Of a DNA stretch of 64,000 bases, positions 1 to 10,061 are shown piece by piece. The stretch comes from an uncultured Alphaproteobacteria bacterium. GTDB taxonomy: Bacteria > Pseudomonadota > Alphaproteobacteria > Rs-D84. The notes under the pieces are model-generated. The model saw only the letters and a list, made by a program, of their open reading frames with translations. It made no database searches and had not been told where the DNA came from. A program made the position numbers and the translations under genes. Where the stretch lies: positions 4,893 through 68,892 of the forward strand of contig CAMWON010000005.1 in assembly GCA_947175875.1 (NCBI GenBank), written 5' to 3'. The first letter of the stretch is position 1, and the number at the start of each line of letters is the position of its first letter.

Positions 1-39
1 ACCTCCAACCGCCCTTCATCACGGCGGTGTTTTTTATTT
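1..39 (+). ncRNA. 3' end of a C4/CI-like leader (outer-stem 3' arm plus terminator), truncated by the window edge
   Basis: ACCTCCAACCGCC is identical to 11452-11464 and is followed by a CCGCC..GGCGG hairpin and a T-tract. Confidence 0.7.
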
Positions 40-61
40 GCAAAAAACAACGGAGGATAAA

Positions 62-340
62 ATGCAAATATATGTTGATGCAAAATGTTTTGGCAATGCA
101 ATGCGGCATGGACGCAGCAATGCCGGAATAAAAAAACGCGATGTTGCGAAGATTTTTGGAATGACAGCGCATGATTATAATCGTATCGAAGCGGGACGCA
201 AAATATGGCCGGGGAACTTGATGCTGCGGCTGATGACATTGGCGTTTTTGCAACTGCGCACGCGGCGTGTTAACGGTTCGTCTGGGATGAAAACATTACA
301 GACCGACCCGGATGCGGCGATATTTGTTGATGCCGATTAA
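62..340 (+). CDS. XRE-family helix-turn-helix protein
   Basis: GGAGG RBS at 52-56; 'FGNAMRHGRSNAGIKKRDVAKIFGMTAHDYNRIEAGR' fits the XRE HTH pattern. Confidence 0.7.
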   Translation: MQIYVDAKCFGNAMRHGRSNAGIKKRDVAKIFGMTAHDYNRIEAGRKIWPGNLMLRLMTLAFLQLRTRRVNGSSGMKTLQTDPDAAIFVDAD

Positions 341-391
341 AAAATATCCGCCACTGAAAAGTGGCGGATTTCATGCATATAGCGCGCTTTT

Positions 392-994
392 TTACTTTTT
401 GATTTGCTTTATCTTTTGCGCAAATGTCATTGTATATTGTGTCGCAGACCAAACGGATGCCAACAGTGACAGCCACAATCCGAATATGCCAATCTGGGAT
501 ATTATGTTCATTGCAACCAGCGTGCCGCGTGTAATGCCGGCCGGCGATACGGTTGTCGTCATTGTAAACAGACCCAGGAACGCCGTAATCGTTATCATCT
601 GAAGCGTGGTTTTAATCTTACCCATGGAAAAGCGCGCCTTTGGCACCGGCATTTCGATTTTCTGGGTGCCCAAAAATTCACGCAGGCCGCTGATGTACAG
701 TTCGCGTGCAATCAAAATGATTACGGGTACAACGATGAACCAAACCGGCATCATAACGGTTAACATTATCAAAGTGTTTACCACCAGCAGCTTGTCGCCG
801 ATGTGGTCCATAACGCCGCCGATTTTGCTGCATACATTATATTTACGCGCCAGGTATCCGTCGAACCAGTCTGACACCGCGCCCAGAACGAACAGTATGA
901 ATGATGTCCAATACATCTGGAACATCAGGGTCGGGATAATCGCAAACGCCGCCGCAATGCGGAACGCCGATAAAAAGTTCACAAAAAATTTCAT
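392..994 (-). CDS. pgsA: CDP-diacylglycerol--glycerol-3-phosphate 3-phosphatidyltransferase
   Basis: DWFDGYLARKY...GGVMDHIGDK CDP-alcohol phosphotransferase motif; downstream of uvrC. Confidence 0.9.
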   Translation of the reverse strand: MKFFVNFLSAFRIAAAFAIIPTLMFQMYWTSFILFVLGAVSDWFDGYLARKYNVCSKIGGVMDHIGDKLLVVNTLIMLTVMMPVWFIVVPVIILIARELYISGLREFLGTQKIEMPVPKARFSMGKIKTTLQMITITAFLGLFTMTTTVSPAGITRGTLVAMNIISQIGIFGLWLSLLASVWSATQYTMTFAQKIKQIKK

Positions 995-1024
995 ATGTTT
1001 TTCTCCTTTATATGAATAAGCATA

Positions 1025-2449
1025 TTATACCACGTTGGAATGGAAATAGGCATATATTTTTTCGGCGGCACTTTTTCCCAGGCCGGGAACTTTTAACAGT
1101 GCCGGCATGTCCGCATCGCCAACCGCGCGGGCCGAACCAAAGTGCAGCAGCAGCGCTTTTTTGCGCGCGGGGCCGATGCCCTCTATCTCGTCCAGAACGG
1201 ATGCGGTTACCGTTTTTGCGCGCACTGTGCGGTGATATGTGATTACGAATCTGTGCGCTTCGTCACGGACGGCGCGCAGCAGTAAAAACAGTTTGGAATC
1301 CTTTGGCAAATCATGGCACTCGGTCCCGTCCGGCATGATAAAGTGTTCGTCGCCGTCGCGAACCTCGCCCTTGGTGACGCCGAGAATCGGAATGTTCGGT
1401 GCGCGGCGGTGTGCAATGTTCCATTGGGCGCGTCCCCCGTCAACAATTATCAAATCCAGTTTCGGGCCGCGGGTGGTTGCGCGTTCCACAAATTCCGACA
1501 TCATCGCGATATCGTTTCCGGCGCGTGACATGTCATTCAGTTTAAAGTGTCTGTATGCTGATTTTATAAATCCGTCATGGCCGAATGCAATCATTGCGCC
1601 GACGGGATGTTTTCCGAACAGGTGCGAGTTGTCAAACACGCCCGCGCATTCAATTTTTATACCCAGCCATTTTTCCAATTCCGCAACGGTATCTGCCCAG
1701 TCTAAATTCGCGCTATGTGCAGCTGGGCGCCGCATACCGCGATTTGATGTGTGTGTCAGCGCGGCGATTTTGTCGCGGCATGCGGCGGCCGATTCAAAGT
1801 CTAAATTCGCCGAATATTTTTGCATCTGTTCGGCCAGGTCTTTGACAATCGGTTCACTGTCCCCGGTAAGGATGCGGCGCGCCAAAGACACCCGCGCGGC
1901 ATAGTCGTTTTGCGGGCGCACGCACGGCGCACTGCACCGGCCGATTTGATGCAGCAGGCAGGGCCGTGCGCGGTTGCGCATGTACGTGTCGTTGCAGGTG
2001 CGAATCTGGCAGACCTTTTGAATTGTCTTAATCGTTTCGTTCAATGCGGATACCGACGGATAGGGGCCGTATATGTCGCGCCGCTGGGATAATTTGCCGC
2101 GAAATTTCAACAGGCGTGGAAACTCGCCCGCCGCCAGGGCCAGCATGGGGTACATTTTCCCGTCGGTCAGCATTATGTTGTATTTCGGCTTTTGCGTTTT
2201 TATTAATTCCTGTTCCCGGACCAGGGCGTCCGATTCCGTCGGAACCGTTTCCCATTCCACGCGCGCGACCAGACTGCGCATGACCTGTTTGTGTGGTTCC
2301 AGTTTCGGTATGTCGATATATTGCTTTAAACGGTTTGACAGATTTTTCGCCTTGCCCACGTACAACAGGGTGCCGTCGGCATCGTACATCTTGTACACGC
2401 CGGGGGCGCCGGGACTGTTTTCTATCAAATCAGAAAATTGAATACTCAT
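1025..2449 (-). CDS. uvrC: Excinuclease ABC subunit C (shortened)
   Basis: GIY-YIG (PGVYKM..LYVGKAKNL), Cys cluster, UVR domain, FDNSH/IVDGG RNase H-like domain, HhH; start at 2449 inferred. Confidence 0.92.
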   Translation of the reverse strand: MSIQFSDLIENSPGAPGVYKMYDADGTLLYVGKAKNLSNRLKQYIDIPKLEPHKQVMRSLVARVEWETVPTESDALVREQELIKTQKPKYNIMLTDGKMYPMLALAAGEFPRLLKFRGKLSQRRDIYGPYPSVSALNETIKTIQKVCQIRTCNDTYMRNRARPCLLHQIGRCSAPCVRPQNDYAARVSLARRILTGDSEPIVKDLAEQMQKYSANLDFESAAACRDKIAALTHTSNRGMRRPAAHSANLDWADTVAELEKWLGIKIECAGVFDNSHLFGKHPVGAMIAFGHDGFIKSAYRHFKLNDMSRAGNDIAMMSEFVERATTRGPKLDLIIVDGGRAQWNIAHRRAPNIPILGVTKGEVRDGDEHFIMPDGTECHDLPKDSKLFLLLRAVRDEAHRFVITYHRTVRAKTVTASVLDEIEGIGPARKKALLLHFGSARAVGDADMPALLKVPGLGKSAAEKIYAYFHSNVV

Positions 2450-2500
2450 GCCGAATATGATATAATAACCAAAAACAAATAGCAAATAGGGGAATTAGAC

Positions 2501-2965
2501 ATGAGACAAGAATCCGGACGTTCCATGATAGAAATGTTGGGGGTGCTGGCGATTATGGGTGTGATTACGGTTGGTGCCATCGGCATGATTTCGACCGCAA
2601 TGCGTACGCAAAAGCGCAGCTCTGTCAACGATGATGTGATACAGATTGTTACCGGCGTGCGCCAGCTGCTGGGCGAATTTGACGATTATTCGCATATTAA
2701 CAACGCGACAATTTTCGGTGCAATCGGCATGAACGCCAAGAATCCGTACGGCGGCACGTATGAGTTAAATGTGGACCCGTCAAATTCACGTCAGTTTATT
2801 GTATCAATTAACGGTTTGTCTGAAGGCGATTGCAAGTATTTTGTTACCAAAGCCTGGTCCGATTCGATTGGATATCAGATGTCGGGCGGTACCCAGGGCG
2901 GGGCGGCAGGTAACTGTAATGATGTCAATGGCAGGAACACTGTTTACATAACATATGGCGAATAA
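2501..2965 (+). CDS. Type IV pilin/pseudopilin-like protein
   Basis: QESG|RSMIEMLGVLAIMGV prepilin motif with E5; C-terminal Cys pair. Confidence 0.8.
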   Translation: MRQESGRSMIEMLGVLAIMGVITVGAIGMISTAMRTQKRSSVNDDVIQIVTGVRQLLGEFDDYSHINNATIFGAIGMNAKNPYGGTYELNVDPSNSRQFIVSINGLSEGDCKYFVTKAWSDSIGYQMSGGTQGGAAGNCNDVNGRNTVYITYGE

Positions 2966-2970
2966 CGTAT

Positions 2971-3939
2971 ATGGCACAAATGGCGACGGTTTCACAGGTT
3001 GAGGATGGTGCGCGGCTGCATCGGTGGTTTTTGCGCCGGTATCCGTCGTTGCCGATGCGACAGTTTTACAAGCTGTGCCGCGGGGGACAAATTCGTGTGA
3101 ACTCATCACGTGTGGCGGGAAACGAAATCCTGCGTGCGGGCGACACGGTTCGCATTCCGCCGACATTGGCGGGGTATGCGGTTGCGCCTAAAAAATCCGA
3201 ATCGGGCGAGGCTTTCTCGCTGGCGGATTTGGAAATGCTGCGTCAATGTATTATCCATGATGACAATGACATCGTCGCGTTTGACAAGCCGGCCGGTCTG
3301 GCCGTGCAGGGCGGAACAGGGATTCGAAAGTCTGTTGATAAAATGGCGGCGGCGCTGTTCCCGTATGACAAGATTGCGCTGGTTCATCGTCTGGACCGCG
3401 AGACCAGCGGTGTTCTGGTCGTGGCGAAAAATCAGTCGGCGGCGCAAAAACTGGCGGCGCAGTTTCAGAACAAGACCGCCCAGAAACAATATCTGGCACT
3501 GTTGAACGGCCGTGTGTCGCCGGACCATGGAACAATAGACAATTACATGACAAAGGGACAGGTGTTCGACACCCCCGCGCGTACAAACAACGGCGCCGGC
3601 CAGCGGCCCCAGCGCGCGATAACCGATTACACCGTTTTGACACAGGCGGGCACGTTATGCTGGATGCAGTTCTCGCCCAAAACGGGCCGTACGCACCAGC
3701 TGCGTGTACATAGCGCGATTTCGCTGGGTGCGCCGATTGTCGGCGACGCGCTGTACGGGACCGGTAATTTTGATCAGGACCCGGCGCTGCAATCCATTCT
3801 GGCAACCAATAATCTGTTCCTGTTTGCGCACAAGATAACGTTTCAGCACCCGGCCACGGGGCGCATGACGACACTGCGCGGCCAGCTGCCGGAATTTATG
3901 CGGCCTGTTGTGGAATTGCTGGAGCTGAAATTGCCCTAA
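2971..3939 (+). CDS. RluA-family 23S rRNA pseudouridine synthase (RluC-like)
   Basis: S4 domain, KPAGLAVQGG, HRLDRETSG, TGRTHQLRVH, PIVGDALYG. Confidence 0.9.
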   Translation: MAQMATVSQVEDGARLHRWFLRRYPSLPMRQFYKLCRGGQIRVNSSRVAGNEILRAGDTVRIPPTLAGYAVAPKKSESGEAFSLADLEMLRQCIIHDDNDIVAFDKPAGLAVQGGTGIRKSVDKMAAALFPYDKIALVHRLDRETSGVLVVAKNQSAAQKLAAQFQNKTAQKQYLALLNGRVSPDHGTIDNYMTKGQVFDTPARTNNGAGQRPQRAITDYTVLTQAGTLCWMQFSPKTGRTHQLRVHSAISLGAPIVGDALYGTGNFDQDPALQSILATNNLFLFAHKITFQHPATGRMTTLRGQLPEFMRPVVELLELKLP

Positions 3940-3949
3940 AGAAATAAAG

Positions 3950-6040
3950 ATGCTGTTTCGAAAGAATTTGTTTTTTACAATCGCGCGCATAGTCTCGATA
4001 TTTTTCATGGGACTGATTGTGGCGTTTGTTATCGCGCTTAGCCAGGTTAATTTGGAAACGCTGCGCAGTGATGTTCTGGGAATTTTGCGCGGGGCGACAG
4101 GACTGGATATAGAGATAGAAGGGGCGGTGTCGTGGAAGTTTTCGCTGCGGCCGCGCATAGAGCTGCACCAGGTTCGCGTCCGCAATGCCGAATGGGCGCG
4201 TCATGAATATGCGTTCAGTGCGGAAACAATTGACGTTACGCTGGATTTGCTGTCGCTGATGCGCGACAGGCCGACGATTAAGAATGTAAAAATCAATGAT
4301 GCGTCAATATGCATTGAGAAGAACGATGCCGGCGAATATTCCATCATGCCACGCAGCCAGGATGCCGCCCCGGCGTCGGATGCGGCCGCGGCGGACGCAG
4401 ATGAGGCGCCTGTTCAGCCAAAGTATCCGTTTGCAGACCCGGGACTGGGCGGGGTGACGGTTAAGAACGTTGTTCTGCATCTGTTGGATGCGACGTATTC
4501 GTTGTCAGGGATGGACATCCGGTATGTGCCGCGCGATGATGCACGCGAGTATGCGGGCTGGATAAAACCGGCGGACAAGGTTTATCCCTTTATCGTTTCT
4601 TATTCGGAATATAATCCGGAGCGCAAGGTTTATCCCGTTCGTGTCGCGATATCGACCGGCGGCGACGCATTGATTGCGAACATTGCGCTGGAAGGGACCA
4701 GTCGTGCGCCGATAGATTTTGTAATCGCCGGTGATATTCCGGATATTGCGGCGTTTGGGGCGATGCTGAATCTGGATTTGGCGTATATGCCGACGATGCA
4801 TGTCAATCTGGCAGGCGGCGTCGGGCGCGGTAAAGTCACGTTGCGCCGCTCCAGTGTTCTGGTGCGCGGGAATGAAATATTTTTCTCGGGCGATTACGAC
4901 TGGACCAAGAAAAGAACGACGTTCAATCTGAATTTGGAATCGCGGGAAATCAATTTGATGGAATTGTTTCCGGAACTGTATATGGCCAAGCGCCGGGCAC
5001 GTGGCAATCGCGAGTTAAATGTTTTTAAGGATATCCCGCTGTTCGGCAAAGAATTTTTGACGATGGATATGAATCTGCGCGCCGAGATTGATAAATTGGT
5101 CGTGTATCGGGAGCTGAGTCTGAACGACATTGATTTGCGCCTGCGGCTGGCGGGGGGCTCTGGACGGTTGGATTTACACACCGGCATCGGCGACGGTGTC
5201 GCAAAGGCGTCGGCCGACGTCGTGATAGAGCGCGACGGCACATTGGACGTGATTGCCGCGGGATTTGGTGAAAATATTCAGGTCGGCAAGATACTGGAAC
5301 AGGTGCGCGAGCCGGACCTGATATCCGGTCTGCCGATGGGGCTGCGCTTTTATCTGCGCGGGCGGGGCGCGGACCTGGCAGAGTTAATGGGTACGGCGAC
5401 GGGGCCGGTTCAGATTTATTCGAACGGGTCGGGATATGCGCATTCGGCACTGGTTGCAAACATGTATGGAACGGATTTTTTAACCAGTCTGCGCCACAGT
5501 ATTCAGGACTTGTTCCGTTCGGAAAAAAAGCACAACCAGATAAAGATATCGTGTGCGGCCATATCCGCCAAGGTGCGTGACGGACGCATTGAAACGGAAA
5601 ACGGTGTTGCGGTCGAGACGAACGCGATAAACCTGCGTTTGGCCGGGAATATGGATTTCGGCCAGGAAAGCATGCGTCTGGCGTTGACGACGGTGCCTGT
5701 GCGCGGGTTAAAGCTGTCGCTGACGGGAAATGTTATGAATTCGATAGAAATTTCTGGAAATTTGGCCGAACCTGATATAAAAATAAGTGGCGCGGCGGTA
5801 GCGGGCAAGGTGGCGTCGGCCACCGGCATCGGGCTGCTGCTGGCTCCGTTTACGGGTGGAATAAGCCTGGCGGCGGGGGCCGGAATAGGATTGTTGGCGG
5901 GTGACTTGCTGGAAAACTGGCTGGCGGATGACCAGCCGTGCAAGACCGCATTGCAACGCGGGGCGCCGGATAGACGTGGTGACCCTGAATGGTTGGGGGC
6001 GCCGATTGAGGATTTAATCGGTTCCGTAATGGACAATTAA
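3950..6040 (+). CDS. AsmA family protein
   Basis: N-terminal TM anchor, 'IEIEGAVSWKFSLRPRIEL..VRVRNAEWA' AsmA N-terminus, AsmA-like C-terminus. Confidence 0.8.
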   Translation: MLFRKNLFFTIARIVSIFFMGLIVAFVIALSQVNLETLRSDVLGILRGATGLDIEIEGAVSWKFSLRPRIELHQVRVRNAEWARHEYAFSAETIDVTLDLLSLMRDRPTIKNVKINDASICIEKNDAGEYSIMPRSQDAAPASDAAAADADEAPVQPKYPFADPGLGGVTVKNVVLHLLDATYSLSGMDIRYVPRDDAREYAGWIKPADKVYPFIVSYSEYNPERKVYPVRVAISTGGDALIANIALEGTSRAPIDFVIAGDIPDIAAFGAMLNLDLAYMPTMHVNLAGGVGRGKVTLRRSSVLVRGNEIFFSGDYDWTKKRTTFNLNLESREINLMELFPELYMAKRRARGNRELNVFKDIPLFGKEFLTMDMNLRAEIDKLVVYRELSLNDIDLRLRLAGGSGRLDLHTGIGDGVAKASADVVIERDGTLDVIAAGFGENIQVGKILEQVREPDLISGLPMGLRFYLRGRGADLAELMGTATGPVQIYSNGSGYAHSALVANMYGTDFLTSLRHSIQDLFRSEKKHNQIKISCAAISAKVRDGRIETENGVAVETNAINLRLAGNMDFGQESMRLALTTVPVRGLKLSLTGNVMNSIEISGNLAEPDIKISGAAVAGKVASATGIGLLLAPFTGGISLAAGAGIGLLAGDLLENWLADDQPCKTALQRGAPDRRGDPEWLGAPIEDLIGSVMDN

Positions 6041-6064
6041 TAAGAAAACAAAAGGAAGGCGTAA

Positions 6065-6823
6065 ATGTTTAACTGGGTAGGCTTTATTCAGATTATAATT
6101 ATTGCGGCGATGGTATTGCTGTTTTATCGCAGCTTTATTCAGAACACGCAGTCGGAAAAGCTGGTGCGTGGACTGCTGGGGCTGGCGGTGCTGTGGATTG
6201 CAAGCTTTATATTGTCTTGGGCGCATTTGGATTTGCTGGGCGGGTTTCTGCACTGGACGGCGCTGTTCCTGTCGCTGGGGTTGATTGTTATTTTTCAGCC
6301 GGAACTGCGAAAATTTATGGCGCTGCTGGGGAATGTTCAGGGGTGGGGCCGTCTGTTGCGCCGCGGTGGCGTCGTTCAAAAGGATACCCGCAATCTGGAT
6401 GCGATAGTATCCGCGGTCGAATACATGTCGGCCAAGCATACCGGTGCACTGATTGTGTTCCCGTCGATGCTGGACGAAAGCGCGATTGATAAAAAGGGCG
6501 TTAAAATCGATGCGGTTATCTCCAGCGAATTGTTGCTGACGATTTTCTTTAACAAGACACCGCTGCATGACGGGGCGGTAATCATTGAAAACGGTCGTAT
6601 TGCGTCGGCCGGCGGTATTTTGCCGCTGTCGCAGAACAATCTGAACTGGAAATACGGCACGCGTCATCGCGCGGCACTGGGCCTGTCCGAGGTGTCAAGT
6701 GCAACCGTTTTGGTGGTTTCCGAAGAATCGGGCGATATCTCGATTGCCGAAAAAGGAAAGTTTACCAAATACGACGATATGAAAAAGTTGCGTGCGAAAC
6801 TGGAAAAGGTGTTAAACAAGTAG
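6065..6823 (+). CDS. cdaA: Membrane diadenylate cyclase (CdaA/DacA type)
   Basis: 3 TM helices ending IFQPELRK; DAC motifs GALIV, PLHDGAVII, GTRHRAALG, VSEESG. Confidence 0.92.
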   Translation: MFNWVGFIQIIIIAAMVLLFYRSFIQNTQSEKLVRGLLGLAVLWIASFILSWAHLDLLGGFLHWTALFLSLGLIVIFQPELRKFMALLGNVQGWGRLLRRGGVVQKDTRNLDAIVSAVEYMSAKHTGALIVFPSMLDESAIDKKGVKIDAVISSELLLTIFFNKTPLHDGAVIIENGRIASAGGILPLSQNNLNWKYGTRHRAALGLSEVSSATVLVVSEESGDISIAEKGKFTKYDDMKKLRAKLEKVLNK

Positions 6824-6825
6824 TA

Positions 6826-6851
6826 AAGAGCCCCGCAAACGGGGCTTTTTT
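6826..6851 (+). terminator. Intrinsic terminator
   Basis: AGCCCCG-caaa-CGGGGCT followed by a T-run. Confidence 0.8.
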
Positions 6852-6957
6852 ATCGGGATGGTGGCGCGTGCTTTTGGCCTTGCACCGAATCGGTGTTTTT
6901 TGGTAAACTAACATTCAAGAATGTAGGCATCTTATTTAATATACAGGAGCACATAAT

Positions 6958-8076
6958 ATGGAATTTTCGGTATTTCGTCAGGTTTTGATACGTGCGCTGG
7001 GGCATATGCAGTCCATTGTGGAAAAGCGTGCGACCCTGCCGATATTGATGAATGTTAAGCTGGAGGTGGCGGATGACCTGATTTTGTCTGCGACCAACGT
7101 TGACTTGGAATTGGTCGAGCATGTGGCCGCCGACATAACGCTGGGCGGAAAAACGACCGTTCCTGTTCAGATGCTGTATGATATTGTTCGCAAGCTGCCG
7201 GATGACGCCGAAATCAATTTTAAGCAGAGCGGGGACCAGCTGGTCGTGTCCAGCGGTCGTGCGGTGTTCCGTTTGCCGACCTTGCCGGCGGAAAATTTCC
7301 CGGCCATGGCGGGCAGCAACTTAACCACGAAATTCCAGATGACGACAGGCGACCTGGCGCATCTGATTAACCAGACAAAGTTTGCGATTCCGACAGATGA
7401 CGTTCGTTATCATCTGGGGGGGATTTATTTCCACATCTCGGACGAGGGCAAGGAAAAAATGCTGACCGCGGTGGCAACCGACGCCCAGCGTATGGCGCTG
7501 TGCGCGATGCCGGCGCCGGAGGGCAGTGCGGAAATGCCGTCCGTTATTCTGCCGCGTCGTGTTATCGGCGAATTGTCCAAATTGTTGGAAGATGCGACGG
7601 TTGACGACTGTATGGTTGAATTGTCCGACACCAAGGCGCGCTTTACCGTCGGTGCCGCGACACTGACCAGCAAGCTGGTTGACGCCCAGTATCCGAACTA
7701 TCGCGTTGTAATACCAAAGGGCAACGACAAGATTGCGATTCTGGACAGAAAGCAGTTTGTGAATGCGGTTGACCTGGTCTCGGTCGCCAGTGTCGACAAG
7801 ACGAAATCCGTTCAGTTGACTTATTCCATGAACAAGCTGGTTGTAAATGCGTCCAGCCCGGATGCCGGAACAGCGACCCAGGAATTGGATATCGAATACA
7901 ACAGCGATGCATCGTTCACGGTTACGTTTAATGTAAAGTTCCTGTTGGATGTCGCCGGCCAGGTAGAGGGCGAAAAATTCCAGATGGAAATGCAGGACCC
8001 GTTGTCGCCGACGATTATCAAATCGACGGACAAGAACACGGATGCGCTGTTCATTTTGATGCCGATGCGCATGTAA
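6958..8076 (+). CDS. dnaN: DNA polymerase III beta clamp
   Basis: 372 aa; IVEKRATLPILMNV, LSATNVD, AVATDAQR, C-terminal LMPMR. Confidence 0.96.
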   Translation: MEFSVFRQVLIRALGHMQSIVEKRATLPILMNVKLEVADDLILSATNVDLELVEHVAADITLGGKTTVPVQMLYDIVRKLPDDAEINFKQSGDQLVVSSGRAVFRLPTLPAENFPAMAGSNLTTKFQMTTGDLAHLINQTKFAIPTDDVRYHLGGIYFHISDEGKEKMLTAVATDAQRMALCAMPAPEGSAEMPSVILPRRVIGELSKLLEDATVDDCMVELSDTKARFTVGAATLTSKLVDAQYPNYRVVIPKGNDKIAILDRKQFVNAVDLVSVASVDKTKSVQLTYSMNKLVVNASSPDAGTATQELDIEYNSDASFTVTFNVKFLLDVAGQVEGEKFQMEMQDPLSPTIIKSTDKNTDALFILMPMRM

Positions 8077-8137
8077 GATATAGTGGTTGATAAATCCCGC
8101 CGCGTGCGGGATTTATTAGTTCAAAGGAATTTAGGCA

Positions 8138-9037
8138 ATGAAGGTTTCCATTATAATCCCCGTATATAATTGCGAGAAATATATCGCACAGACCCTGGAT
8201 TGCATTTGGTGCCAGACCATGTCGCACCGCGACATGGAAATAATTCTGTGCCTGGATGCGCCGACCGACGGCACGGCGGCGATTGTCAAAGACTGGGCGC
8301 GCGCGCATCGTGGTATTCATACGCATATAATCGTTAACAAGTCGAACCGCGGCGTGTCGTACGCCCGCAATGTTGCTATTGGACATGCGCGCGGCGAATA
8401 CGTCCACTTTATGGATGCCGACGATTTGATTAACGTTGATTTTTTCCGGGCGCTGTATGATATGGCCGCGGCCACCGGCGCTGATGTCGCGGTTGCGTCG
8501 TACCGGCACCAGCGGCGCCCGAACTGCAGCGTGATATTTGATGTCGCGACTATTGTGGTCGATCCGCAGGAGAAGATTGACTTTACCCGCGTGGACCAGC
8601 ATGGAATGATGTGGCGTTATTTGGTGCGGCGCGAGTTCTGGCACCAGAACGGTTTTGTCTTTCCGGAAGATATGAAAATTTGCGAGGACTGGGTTCTGGC
8701 GAACAAAATGGTGTTTGCGGCAAATTACATAGCGCTGGTTCCGGCGGCAACGTATTTGTATCGTTCGCGTGAAAATTCATTGATATCGGCGGGTAACGCG
8801 CGGCGCGAAGACGGTGCAGACGGGCGTCGTGCAAATGCCGAGTTAAAAGAGTTTCTGACAGAAAATTCTTTGCAAAAGTGTGTCAGGACGCGTGGTGTGT
8901 TTGATTGCCGTCTGTTCGGAGGCGTCCGTCTGTTCACGGTGTCGTGCGTGGACAACAAGCGGGAATGGCGTTTGTTCGGAAAAATTCTGATAATGCGAAC
9001 TGTGCATAATTACAGTGCCTTTAGAAAACCCATTTAA
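8138..9037 (+). CDS. Glycosyltransferase family 2
   Basis: VSIIIPVYN, GVSYARN, FMDADD, ICED motifs. Confidence 0.9.
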   Translation: MKVSIIIPVYNCEKYIAQTLDCIWCQTMSHRDMEIILCLDAPTDGTAAIVKDWARAHRGIHTHIIVNKSNRGVSYARNVAIGHARGEYVHFMDADDLINVDFFRALYDMAAATGADVAVASYRHQRRPNCSVIFDVATIVVDPQEKIDFTRVDQHGMMWRYLVRREFWHQNGFVFPEDMKICEDWVLANKMVFAANYIALVPAATYLYRSRENSLISAGNARREDGADGRRANAELKEFLTENSLQKCVRTRGVFDCRLFGGVRLFTVSCVDNKREWRLFGKILIMRTVHNYSAFRKPI

Positions 9038-9054
9038 ATAAAGACGGTAACAGT

Positions 9055-10005
9055 ATGAGCAACATAGACCTGACGCGTTCATCACATAAAATATCAAAGC
9101 TGCGTAAACTTGCAGCACAGACTACGTCTGCGCTGGTTCCGAGCCGCACGGCTCGGAACCGTGTACGCAACATTGTAAAATTTGGGCCGCTGCGTTCGGC
9201 GCGCGCGATATGGCGCGCACGTCACGAACGGTTGCCGCATTATCTGTGCATTGCCGCCGTCGCGCGTGACGAGGGGCGCTATTTCAAAGAATGGATTGAC
9301 TATCATTTATTGGTCGGTGTTGAAAAGTTTTTTATTTATGACAATCAATCCACCGATAACACGTACGAGGTTTTAAAGCCGTATATCGACGCCGGCATTG
9401 TTGAATATCACTATGTCGAGGGCGAGGGGATTCAAAATCAGGTAAACTATTACGCCGTCTGTCATGCGCGCGACAAGACAAAGTGGCTGGCCGTGATTGA
9501 TTTGGATGAATTTATAATGCCTGTCGCGGACAAGACGATTCCCGAATTTTTGCGCCGTTTTTCGCCGCGCACGGCCCAGATTTTCATTCGCTGGTGCCTG
9601 TACGGTTCGTCGGGGCATGTGCAGCGGCCGGCGGGACTGGTTATTGAAAACTATAAATATCGCAAGCGTGACAACAGCAACGAGGCCAACAAAATAATAG
9701 TAAATCCGCGAATGGTTGTCGGATGCGTTTCGGCGCATGCGTTTGAGGTAATCGGGCGCAGTGTCGATGAGTGCAACAATACGGTTGCGCCGTCGCCGGT
9801 AATTCCGGGATTGACGCAGAATATAATTCGCATAAACCATTACCGCTGCAAATCGTGGCAGGATTCCCAGGAAAAGCACAGCAAGGGTGACGTACTGTAC
9901 GGTCGCGATTATGTTCGTTATACACGTGCCGACTTTGACAAGTTTGACACAAACGACGTGTATGACGACGCCATGGACAAGTATGCGGCACAGTTGAAAA
10001 AGTAA
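9055..10005 (+). CDS. Glycosyltransferase (GT92/GT2-like)
   Basis: EWIDYHLLVGVEKFFIYDNQSTD, WLAVIDLDEFI, RINHY motifs. Confidence 0.8.
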   Translation: MSNIDLTRSSHKISKLRKLAAQTTSALVPSRTARNRVRNIVKFGPLRSARAIWRARHERLPHYLCIAAVARDEGRYFKEWIDYHLLVGVEKFFIYDNQSTDNTYEVLKPYIDAGIVEYHYVEGEGIQNQVNYYAVCHARDKTKWLAVIDLDEFIMPVADKTIPEFLRRFSPRTAQIFIRWCLYGSSGHVQRPAGLVIENYKYRKRDNSNEANKIIVNPRMVVGCVSAHAFEVIGRSVDECNNTVAPSPVIPGLTQNIIRINHYRCKSWQDSQEKHSKGDVLYGRDYVRYTRADFDKFDTNDVYDDAMDKYAAQLKK

Positions 10006-10061
10006 ATTTGCAAATTAAAAAATATGTGTTAAGATTGCCGCGGTAAAAAGAGGGTAAAAAT

